DNA of 64,000 nt from an uncultured Sphingobacteriales bacterium (GTDB lineage Bacteria > Bacteroidota > Bacteroidia > Chitinophagales > Chitinophagaceae). The translations under genes were made by a program, and so were the position numbers. Positions 10,863-17,535 of the stretch are shown piece after piece. The notes under the pieces are model-generated. The model was not told the origin of the DNA. It saw only the letters and a list, made by a program, of their open reading frames with translations, and did not search any database. Position 1 is the first letter of the stretch, and every line of letters starts with the position of its first letter. The DNA is taken from the NCBI GenBank assembly GCA_937991535.1, contig CALKHN010000013.1, forward strand, positions 1-64,000. The letters run 5' to 3'.

Positions 10863-10914
10863 CGGCAGGGAATTTGTGTTTGTACAACCCCCGTGGCTTG
10901 TTGTTCTGTTGTAA

Positions 10915-11847
10915 CTAAGGCTTCAATCCTTTCAAAAATCCACTGATCAGTTGTAGTGCATTCGTTATTACCTGCTCATTACCTACCGGTATTTTTAAAT
11001 AGGTTTGACCTGAAACCCCATCCTTCTCCGTTAGTTTGTCAACGAGTTGCTTTGTACTTTCGGGGTTGCTGAGCGATTCTGCCAGTTGCTCAAAAAAAGA
11101 AAAGCCTGTTTGAATAACCTGGTCTTCGGCAGATACGGCTTTTGTCTTTTCCTGTTCCGGCTCAGGAATATCGCCCGTTATTTCACGGGTAAACAACTCC
11201 TGTTGTGCGGGTGCGGTAGTCATTTCTTTCTCCGCGTTCCTTTCCGCGTTTTCCGATATGGATTGTTCCGTTGCACCAGGTATCCCGCCGGTAACCGATT
11301 CAACCGATTGCATAAACCGGTTGAATTTTTGTCCGCCCAGGAAAATATTATTATCGCCGGCATCGGTTGAAAGAAACACCCTGCAGGCAGGATCATTATT
11401 GAAATGTGCAAACAGGTCCTGCCTGTTTTTGGAGGGTATGCTGCCATGAAGGTATTGATATCCGATTCCTTTGTCGGTAAGCATTTGCGCTACCAGCCTT
11501 GTCATCCGTTCCCACTGACTGAATATTACTACTTTTTCTTCCTTCATGTCAATGATCTCATCTAATATATTTTCCAGTTCGTCTAACTTGGTTTGGTAAT
11601 TGGTTTCCTGGTCAATAATATAGGTGCTGTCGCAAACCATACACATCATGTTCAGGTTGTTCAGCAAACGCTGCCTGTCTTCTTTCTTCAGGAACTTCAT
11701 TCTTTTCCACTTATGCACCAACTTGGCTACGATCTCTCTAAATTCGTCATGCATTTGCATTTGCTCGTCCGTTATGGGGATAAGCAGGTTTTTATCCATG
11801 CGGGAGGGCAGTTCTTTCAGCACTTCTTTTTTGGTACGCCGCAGCAT
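10915..11847 (-). pseudogene. Decayed fragment of an SNF2-family helicase (C-terminal helicase domain only, frameshifted)
   Basis: LRRTKKEVLKELP and FSQWERM...YLHGSIPSKNRQDLFAHFNNDP match SNF2 helicase-C motifs. They are paralogous to the intact gene at 46825..50589. The N-terminal ATPase half is absent. After FLSTDAG the expected GGVGLNLTAAD/DRxHRIGQ motifs are lost, and an alternative frame shows IIFSW..NRLNRL remnants. Confidence 0.6.
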
Positions 11848-12085
11848 TACATCTTTTAGCAGTACGCCAATTTTATTAAGATCTTTATATCCTGTAACTT
11901 TTCCGGATTCATCCGTTATCTGATGCTGCTGTAAAAAATGGTTAACGTCAGCTATTAATTAACAATTCTTCCACTCTTTTCCGTTCGTTTGAGCGTGACC
12001 GTAAAAAAAATATTCTCAAAAAACTTGCACTATCAAAAAAATATCTCAACCTTTGCACCGCAAAACAAATTATAAATAACATTAC

Positions 12086-12175
12086 ATGCAGCAAACAAAG
12101 CAACAACTAAGATCAAAAGAATTTAACCGCCCGGGCCATGATGCCGGTTGCGGGGCATGTAATGCTGATGAATAA
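12086..12175 (+). other. 29-codon small ORF (MQQTKQQLRSKEFNRPGHDAGCGACNADE), candidate leader peptide
   Basis: ATG at 12086, TAA at 12173. Overlaps segment 1 of an alternative hairpin set and is followed by an intrinsic terminator. Confidence 0.3.
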
Positions 12176-12205
12176 GTTGAAACAACAGATTCGATCAAAT
12201 ATACG

Positions 12206-12233
12206 CCCCGCAGGAAATTGCGGGGTTTTTTAT
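12206..12233 (+). terminator. Rho-independent terminator (CCCCGCA-ggaaat-TGCGGGG + T6)
   Basis: 7 bp GC-rich stem, 6 nt loop and a U-tract, seen directly in the sequence. Confidence 0.7.
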
Positions 12234-12446
12234 TTTAAGTGAAGTTATAAAATAAAAATGCTGAAGTCTTTAGAACATAAACGATTTACGATTCCAATGC
12301 GGAATACACAGCTATCATTATCTGTACGCTATTGGCATGTGCAGGCGAACAACAGCATTGTGCCTGCAGGCAATAAAGAGGATAGCAAACATAAACGACC
12401 GTGGTATAACTATACCTAGCCTGTATTTAACAGGCACAATGAAAGG

Positions 12447-12480
12447 AACCCGGTTGCAGTAAACGACCGGGTTTTTTGTT
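12447..12480 (+). terminator. Rho-independent terminator (AACCCGGT-11nt-ACCGGGTT + T6)
   Basis: 8 bp stem followed by TTTTTT, immediately upstream of the tRNA array. Confidence 0.65.
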
Positions 12481-12489
12481 GAATTACAA

Positions 12490-12561
12490 GGTTCGCTGGT
12501 GTAACGGTTAACATCACAGATTGTCGATCTGTTGCTATGGGTTCGATTCCCGTGCGAACCG
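12490..12561 (+). tRNA. tRNA-Asp (anticodon GTC)
   Basis: Acceptor GGTTCGC/GCGAACC. D-arm GTGT..ACAT. Anticodon stem ACAGA/TCTGT with loop TTGTCGA. T-loop TTCGATT. No encoded CCA. Confidence 0.7.
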
Positions 12562-12566
12562 CTGAA

Positions 12567-12639
12567 TGTTGGATGGTGCAATGGTTGAGCATTTCAGCAT
12601 TTGAAGCTGAAGATGCTGGTTCGAGTCCGGCTCCAACAA
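12567..12639 (+). tRNA. tRNA-Gln (anticodon TTG)
   Basis: Acceptor TGTTGGA/TCCAACA. Anticodon stem TCAGC/GCTGA with loop ATTTGAA. T-arm GCTGG-TTCGAGT-CCGGC. Confidence 0.7.
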
Positions 12640-12646
12640 CAAAACG

Positions 12647-12720
12647 TAGGCTTTAGCTTAACCGGTAAAGCGCCACACTGCGAATGTGGAGAAATGAGTT
12701 CGGGTCTCAAAGTCAACCAA
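12647..12720 (+). pseudogene. Degenerate tRNA-like element (Arg-like, anticodon GCG) without a convincing acceptor stem
   Basis: Good D-arm GCTT-AACCGGTA-AAGC. Anticodon stem CCACA/TGTGG with loop CTGCGAA. T-loop TTCGGGT. No 7 bp acceptor pairing could be found. Confidence 0.3.
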
Positions 12721-12742
12721 TGCGACCTGGTGTAAGGCAATA

Positions 12743-12815
12743 TGGCCCGTAGCTCAATGGTTAGAGTATCCGGCTTTTAACCGGAGGGTTGTGAGTTCGA
12801 GTCACGGGGCCAACG
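12743..12815 (+). tRNA. tRNA-Lys (anticodon TTT), with irregular acceptor/T-arm
   Basis: TAGCTCAATGGTTAGAG D-arm. Anticodon stem TCCGG/CCGGA with loop CTTTTAA. The 3' acceptor strand CGGGGCCA carries an extra G relative to the 5' strand TGGCCCG. Confidence 0.5.
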
Positions 12816-12817
12816 AT

Positions 12818-12890
12818 GGACGAATAGCTCCAATGGCAGAGCATTGGTTTGAAGCACCAACTGTGCCGCTTCGAATCCGGTTTCGTCCAC
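12818..12890 (+). tRNA. tRNA-Phe (anticodon GAA)
   Basis: Perfect acceptor GGACGAA/TTCGTCC. D-arm GCTC..GAGC. Anticodon stem TTGGT/ACCAA with loop TTGAAGC. T-loop TTCGAAT with a C-C mismatch closing the T-stem. Confidence 0.7.
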
Positions 12891-12926
12891 ACAGAAAAAG
12901 ATTTTAAATACCGGTTAAGGCATAAA

Positions 12927-13412
12927 ATGGAACAACAGCAAAAATGGAGGAAATTATCCGGCGATAGCATTCAACAGCCGATTGAAGACGAAATAAGAAC
13001 TGTGATCATAAGAGAAAAAGAGATGGGGCATTCTTTAAAAGTATGCATTGGTACCGACAGCCAGGTAAAGGGCAGGGAAACTGAATTTGCCACTGTTATT
13101 GTTTTCATCCGGAAGGGCAGAGGCGGCTTCATGTATATACACAATGAAGTCACTGAACAAAAAATGAGCATCAAACAGCGGATGTTGCTCGAAGTGGCAA
13201 AAAGTATTGAAGTAGCTTATGCACTGTGCAGGATTTTTACTTTGTACAATGTAGATATGGAAGTACATGCTGACATCAACACCAATCCAAACTTTAAAAG
13301 CAATGATGCATTGAAGGACGCGATGGGGTATATTATGGGAATGGGTTTTGCGTTTAAGGCGAAACCGGAAGCGTTTGCAAGTTCAAGCTGTGCTAATAAA
13401 GTGGTGCAGTAG
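12927..13412 (+). CDS. RNase H-like YkuK family (DUF458) protein
   Basis: IGTDSQ motif, ~160 aa. The pattern TVIVF..KGRGG...HADINTNP...GF.FKAKPEAFASS matches my memory of YkuK/DUF458. The start was moved to the ATG at 12927 because the ORF-track start at 12849 overlaps tRNA-Phe. Confidence 0.55.
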   Translation: MEQQQKWRKLSGDSIQQPIEDEIRTVIIREKEMGHSLKVCIGTDSQVKGRETEFATVIVFIRKGRGGFMYIHNEVTEQKMSIKQRMLLEVAKSIEVAYALCRIFTLYNVDMEVHADINTNPNFKSNDALKDAMGYIMGMGFAFKAKPEAFASSSCANKVVQ

Positions 13413-13452
13413 AAATTGTCAATCCACTACTGGAAGTCTTGTTAATGCGAAT

Positions 13453-13650
13453 CACTCCTTAGCATAAAAGGAAGTGCTACAGAAAAAGTTACGGAGCCGC
13501 GGAGTGCCCGGAAGATGCCGTTCAGACTGTTCGTTTGAATGGACAGAATTTGCAGTTGCACCGAAATGTGAAAGACCAGAGTAGGGAAGCGCATTTACAG
13601 CCGGACTATTGCTACAAAAGAAAATATGGGTTCGAATTCCGTAGGAGTGA
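13453..13650 (+). ncRNA. ~200 nt tRNA-like element: paired acceptor ends, D-arm and T-arm, with a ~125 nt insertion replacing the anticodon arm
   Basis: 5' CACTCCT-TA-GCAT-AAAAGGAA-GTGC (acceptor 5' strand, U8A9, D-arm). 3' ATGGG-TTCGAAT-TCCGT-AGGAGTG-A (T-arm, acceptor 3' strand exactly complementary to CACTCCT, discriminator). Direct repeats GCTACAGAAAAAG / GCTACAAAAGAAAA flank the internal segment. Confidence 0.35.
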
Positions 13651-13917
13651 CAAAAAAATTAAAATAGACTTTACTATGCAAATAGATTGCAAAGTTGTGT
13701 TAGAGGTTTGTTTTGTCAAATAAAAACAATAGTTCTTTAAAATAAAATAAATTCCTTTTCCTCTTTGTAAAGGATGGAGGAGCTTCAAAAGCTTGCTTAA
13801 CGGTAAGATGGGAACCGGCATGTTAGCAGTAAACCGGATGTGTGTTTTAAAAGCATCATAGTGCAGCGGTAGTAACCGGCTGTATGCTGTTGCGCCAATA
13901 TGTATTTCCCACCACAC

Positions 13918-13952
13918 CCTGTGGGCCAGGGGTTCGAGTCCCTTTCCCGCCT
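13918..13952 (+). pseudogene. tRNA 3'-fragment (anticodon-stem 3' strand, T-arm AGGGG-TTCGAGT-CCCTT, acceptor TCCCGCC)
   Basis: Seen directly. No complementary 5' acceptor strand lies upstream. A D-arm-like GTGCAGCGGTAGTAAC lies ~40 nt upstream. Confidence 0.4.
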
Positions 13953-13954
13953 CA

Positions 13955-14014
13955 GGTGGGATAGCTCAGCGGTTAGAGCAACAGGCAATTGCGGGTTCGA
14001 ATCCCGCTCCCGCT
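13955..14014 (+). ncRNA. 60 nt mini-tRNA-like element lacking the anticodon arm
   Basis: GGTGGGA-TA-GCTCAGCGGTTAGAGC-AACAGGCAATT-GCGGG-TTCGAAT-CCCGC-TCCCGCT. Acceptor pairs with two G·U, canonical D-arm and T-arm, 11 nt linker instead of the 17 nt anticodon arm. Confidence 0.4.
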
Positions 14015-14018
14015 GAAA

Positions 14019-14060
14019 AGCGGGATAGTTCAATGGTAGAACACAACACTTCAGATGTTG
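14019..14060 (+). pseudogene. tRNA 5'-fragment with UCA (opal-reading) anticodon, no T-arm or 3' acceptor
   Basis: AGCGGGA-TA-GTTC-AATGGTA-GAAC-A-CAACA-CTTCAGA-TGTTG. The 5 bp anticodon stem is perfect and the loop is CTTCAGA, so positions 34-36 read TCA. Downstream sequence has no T-loop. Confidence 0.4.
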
Positions 14061-14371
14061 GGTAAAGAAGTACACCGCTTCTTAAAAAATGGTGACAACG
14101 TAAAGTAAGGATTGTTTATCGGCCGGTTTATAAAAGTGAATATGTTGTAAAGCATATTTACAGCAAAAATCCGGCAAGCCGGGAAATAGCCAGTATGTTC
14201 TGATTATAATAATGAGCAGCAACACATTTTCTTACATCGTTTTTCTGCTTTTGGGCAGGTAAAAGGTAAGAAACGGTATTGATTAACATTATATAACACA
14301 ACATCCGTTATTGAAGGTGATAAACAATCCGGACTTTAATATTACAAAAGACGATTTTAAAAGATATACTG

Positions 14372-15475
14372 ATGAAAAATGTAAAAGTAACCGCCTACCA
14401 GGTTGGATTGGTTTTTAAAAATGGCGTGTATCAGCGAATGCTGAATAAAGGAAGCTACTGGTTCTGGAGCAATGAAACCGTGCAGTTGTTTGATATAACC
14501 AAACCATTCAACGCACCAGTGGAATTGAATATATTGTTGAAAGATGCTGCACTTGCTGAGGCATTGCTTGTGCTGGATGTAAAAGACAATGAAATCGCTT
14601 TACATTATAAAAACGGTTTGCTGGAAGCAGTATTCGGTGCTGGTCGTTATGCCTTTTGGAAAGGCGCTGTTGAGTATAAATTCATAAAGGCAGATATTGG
14701 AAAGGTTGAGATCACTGAACCTGTAGACCGTACGGTATTGTTACATCGTTTGGTTGCTCCATTTGTTCGTAGCGTAAGTGTGGAAAGCTTTGAAAAGGCT
14801 GTATTGTTTGTTGATGGGAAATTTGTGCAGATTTTGCAGAGTGGCGTTTATTACTGGTGGAAGAACAGCATAGCAGTGCATGTGGGTAAGGTAGATGCCC
14901 GTCAGCAGCAACTGGAAATAAACGGACAGGAAATTCTGACCAAAGATAAAGCGGCATTGCGCATCAACGCCTGGGCGCAATATCAGGTAACTGATATTGA
15001 AAAGGCCTTGCTGCAAAACAAAGAATACGACAGGCAATTGTATGTGGCATTTCAACTTGCATTGCGGGAATATGTCGCCGGCTTTGGATTTGATGAATTG
15101 CTGGAGAAAAAAGAAGCCATTACCCCTTTCATTTTGCAAAGTATACAGAAAAACGCTGAAGCATTGGGTATATTGGTGAATGGCTTCGGTATCCGTGATA
15201 TCATATTGCCGGGCGATGTAAAGGAGATCATGAACCAGGTATTGATCGCTGAAAAGAAAGCGCAGGCAAATACCATCATGCGGCGGGAAGAAACTGCCTG
15301 CACCCGTAGCTTGCTGAATACTGCCAGGCTGATGGAAGAAAATGCGATGTTGTGGAAGCTGAAAGAAATGGAATATGTAGAAAAGATCGCGGACAAGATC
15401 AGCAATATCAGCGTGAGCGGAAACGGCGTATTGATTGAGCAGTTGAAGGATATCTTTGTACCGAATAAACAGTGA
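14372..15475 (+). CDS. SPFH/band-7 (slipin-like) domain protein
   Basis: C-terminal half matches the SPFH pattern (ILTKDKAALRINAWAQYQV...RDIILPGDVKEIMNQVLIAEKKAQAN). No N-terminal TM helix. Confidence 0.7.
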   Translation: MKNVKVTAYQVGLVFKNGVYQRMLNKGSYWFWSNETVQLFDITKPFNAPVELNILLKDAALAEALLVLDVKDNEIALHYKNGLLEAVFGAGRYAFWKGAVEYKFIKADIGKVEITEPVDRTVLLHRLVAPFVRSVSVESFEKAVLFVDGKFVQILQSGVYYWWKNSIAVHVGKVDARQQQLEINGQEILTKDKAALRINAWAQYQVTDIEKALLQNKEYDRQLYVAFQLALREYVAGFGFDELLEKKEAITPFILQSIQKNAEALGILVNGFGIRDIILPGDVKEIMNQVLIAEKKAQANTIMRREETACTRSLLNTARLMEENAMLWKLKEMEYVEKIADKISNISVSGNGVLIEQLKDIFVPNKQ

Positions 15476-15479
15476 TTAT

Positions 15480-15508
15480 GGTTGCCAACCTTTAGAAGGT
15501 TGGCAACC
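15480..15508 (+). terminator. Perfect 11 bp inverted repeat GGTTGCCAACC-tttagaa-GGTTGGCAACC (hairpin, no U-tract)
   Basis: Seen directly, 4 nt after the SPFH stop codon. Could be a terminator, an RNA processing site or a protein-binding palindrome. Confidence 0.4.
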
Positions 15509-15570
15509 ATTCAATAAAATTGTGCACGGATATTAATAGCTTAGATATTTCAAAATAAAACGCTTGCATA

Positions 15571-16767
15571 ATGATTAATATAGAGGATAAGACCCAGAAT
15601 GAAATGGGCGAATTGATTACAATATTTCAAAGTTGTTGTGAATTTCATTTTACAAATAGATTTAATGAGCATAAATTTCTTTTTTTTGACGCGCTTCCCT
15701 TTGACAATTTGGGAACAAAATATAGTACGGAATTAGTTAGCAGAAGATTTAGTTGGAAAGGAACTCCCACTATTGTTAGGAAAATACATAAAGGCATAGA
15801 TGCAAAAGAGGGCGAAGAGGAATATAAATTTGAACAGAAATGTTGCGTAGATTACTCTTTCAAAATAGGTTCAATTATTTGTTCTCTAGTCAATAATAAA
15901 GAGCTGACGTTTATTGCTACTACATTTAGTCCTTTTGGAGTAACGTTTTTCCCCTCATTTCATGAATGTCAAACTCAAGTGTTAGATTATTTAACTGAAA
16001 ATAAGATCGAACTAAAAAAACAACTAAATCTCCTACATATTGACGAACAAGAATATGATAATTCGAATATTGGAGCTGCGTTTTTTACCAATGTAATTAG
16101 GAAGCAGCGAATAAACAAGCAAAGTAACAATGGAATAAGCCATTTAAATTATTATTTTGAAATAGCGAATTGTCATTGGCAAATCGAAGACTGTCTCTTA
16201 AAGGCCGCTTATTATTTTAAATATACAACTGATTTTTTATCAAAGAGAATTGATGAAAACGATGTTACCTTTTTTATGCCAACCATGAACAATTATGATA
16301 ATCAATATCTGCTTTATATAGGGTTCGGCTTTGAAAGAATCTATAGTTTTTGGGACAGAATGGCTATTCTATTGCACAACTTTGAGAATTTAAACCTTAA
16401 ACAAAAAAATCTGTCTTTTGATCGTTATATGCAAGGTTTTAAAAAAACAAATAATTGTAATCTGAATAAAAATTCTCAATATTCCTTATGGCTACAAGAA
16501 TTTTATGAAAAGTCATTTAAGCCAATGATTGAATATCGCCATAGGATTGTGCATTTTCAATTCACTCATGATTGGGCAGGAATATTAACCGCCAAGTTTA
16601 GTAGTATCGCACAAGAAAACATTACAAATAAAAATAGATTAGTAGAATTAAAAAAGGAATTCGAAGGGCTTCTTAAACTTTTACATGATAATTACTTGCG
16701 CTGTAAAGAAGGCTTCGTAAATGTGCTGAAATTAATAGACGAGATACAATTGTCTATATTAACATAA
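15571..16767 (+). CDS. AT-rich hypothetical protein with C-terminal Rx4H motif (HEPN-like candidate)
   Basis: 398 aa ORF visibly more AT-rich than its neighbours. C-terminal MIEYRHRIVHFQ contains R-x4-H preceded and followed by helical-looking segments. No other recognisable domain. Confidence 0.35.
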   Translation: MINIEDKTQNEMGELITIFQSCCEFHFTNRFNEHKFLFFDALPFDNLGTKYSTELVSRRFSWKGTPTIVRKIHKGIDAKEGEEEYKFEQKCCVDYSFKIGSIICSLVNNKELTFIATTFSPFGVTFFPSFHECQTQVLDYLTENKIELKKQLNLLHIDEQEYDNSNIGAAFFTNVIRKQRINKQSNNGISHLNYYFEIANCHWQIEDCLLKAAYYFKYTTDFLSKRIDENDVTFFMPTMNNYDNQYLLYIGFGFERIYSFWDRMAILLHNFENLNLKQKNLSFDRYMQGFKKTNNCNLNKNSQYSLWLQEFYEKSFKPMIEYRHRIVHFQFTHDWAGILTAKFSSIAQENITNKNRLVELKKEFEGLLKLLHDNYLRCKEGFVNVLKLIDEIQLSILT

Positions 16768-16770
16768 TGT

Positions 16771-17535
16771 GTGCATATGAAAAATATAATAACAGCATTA
16801 TCTGAAATCGGACAAAAGAAAAACATCAAAATACTTCACGCCTGCGAAACAGGTAGCAGGGCGTGGGGTTTTCCTTCGCCGGATAGCGATTATGATGTGA
16901 GGTTTATTTATATGCATGAGCGGGATTGGTATCTGTCCCTAAGTCAGCGCAAAGACACGATAGAATATATGGATGACGATCTGGACATAACAGGCTGGGA
17001 TCTGAAAAAATGTCTGAATTTGTTAAAGAAATCAAATGTCCCACTGATAGAACGGTTTCAGTCTCCGTTTGAATATTATGCAGTGCCGGGATTTAAGGAC
17101 GAGTTTAAAAAGTTGATAGAAAGTTATTATTCGCCAACGGCGGTTTTCTTTCATCACTATTCATTAGCCCATAAGTTTTGGGAGGACATGATAGGAAAGG
17201 ATGATTTTAAATTGAAAGGCTTTTTTTACCTGGTGCGGTCTTTACTTTCCTGCAACTGGATCATGCATGACAAAACTGTATTGCCCATGCATATAGAAGG
17301 ATTGATGCGGTACTCGGATGAAAAAATCAATACCCCGCTAAGGGAATTGGTGCAATTGAAGTTAGGTGTAGGCGAAAAATATCTTCATAGCAAAGACAGT
17401 GTAATGGAAGTATGGATATTGCAATTATTGGAAAAGCTGGAAATATCAAAACAAAAACTTGGTGTAAACCAAACTGATATGTCGTTATTAAATGAATTCT
17501 TTTTAAAAATGCTGTATGCAAAAGCTGACTATTGA
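16771..17535 (+). CDS. Pol-beta superfamily nucleotidyltransferase (COG3541 / RtcB-associated 'RlaP'-like)
   Basis: GSRAWGFPSPDSDYDVRF motif (G[S]x9-13DxD NTase signature). 3 nt from the previous gene and overlapping the next. Confidence 0.65.
   Translation: MHMKNIITALSEIGQKKNIKILHACETGSRAWGFPSPDSDYDVRFIYMHERDWYLSLSQRKDTIEYMDDDLDITGWDLKKCLNLLKKSNVPLIERFQSPFEYYAVPGFKDEFKKLIESYYSPTAVFFHHYSLAHKFWEDMIGKDDFKLKGFFYLVRSLLSCNWIMHDKTVLPMHIEGLMRYSDEKINTPLRELVQLKLGVGEKYLHSKDSVMEVWILQLLEKLEISKQKLGVNQTDMSLLNEFFLKMLYAKADY

Noticed and set aside
12647-12720. Functional tRNA-Arg(GCG)
   Set aside because: No 7 bp acceptor stem could be built on either strand. A GCG anticodon would also be unusual for bacteria. 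Reported only as a degenerate tRNA-like element.
12849-12926. ORF-track start of the YkuK-like gene at 12849
   Set aside because: Overlaps tRNA-Phe (12818-12890). An in-frame ATG at 12927 lies just past the tRNA and gives a typical ~160 aa YkuK length.
13453-13650. tmRNA (ssrA)
   Set aside because: Too short (~200 nt), no G-rich 5' end or CCA-proximal GGGGG/CCCCC acceptor, and no plausible tag-peptide reading frame ending in ..AA-stop.
13955-14060. Circularly permuted or split tRNA genes. The 3' acceptor strand of one element pairs perfectly with the 5' strand of the next (TCCCGCT-GAAA-AGCGGGA hairpin)
   Set aside because: Any tandem array of same-family tRNA copies shows this trivially. 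No bacterial BHB-splicing machinery is present to support permutation. Kept as tandem degenerate copies.
13797-14075. 92 aa minus-strand ORF containing RERDSNP twice
   Set aside because: RERDSNP/ERDSNP is the well-known translation artefact of tRNA T-arm sequence (GGGTTCGAATCCC). The ORF simply reads through the tRNA-like elements.
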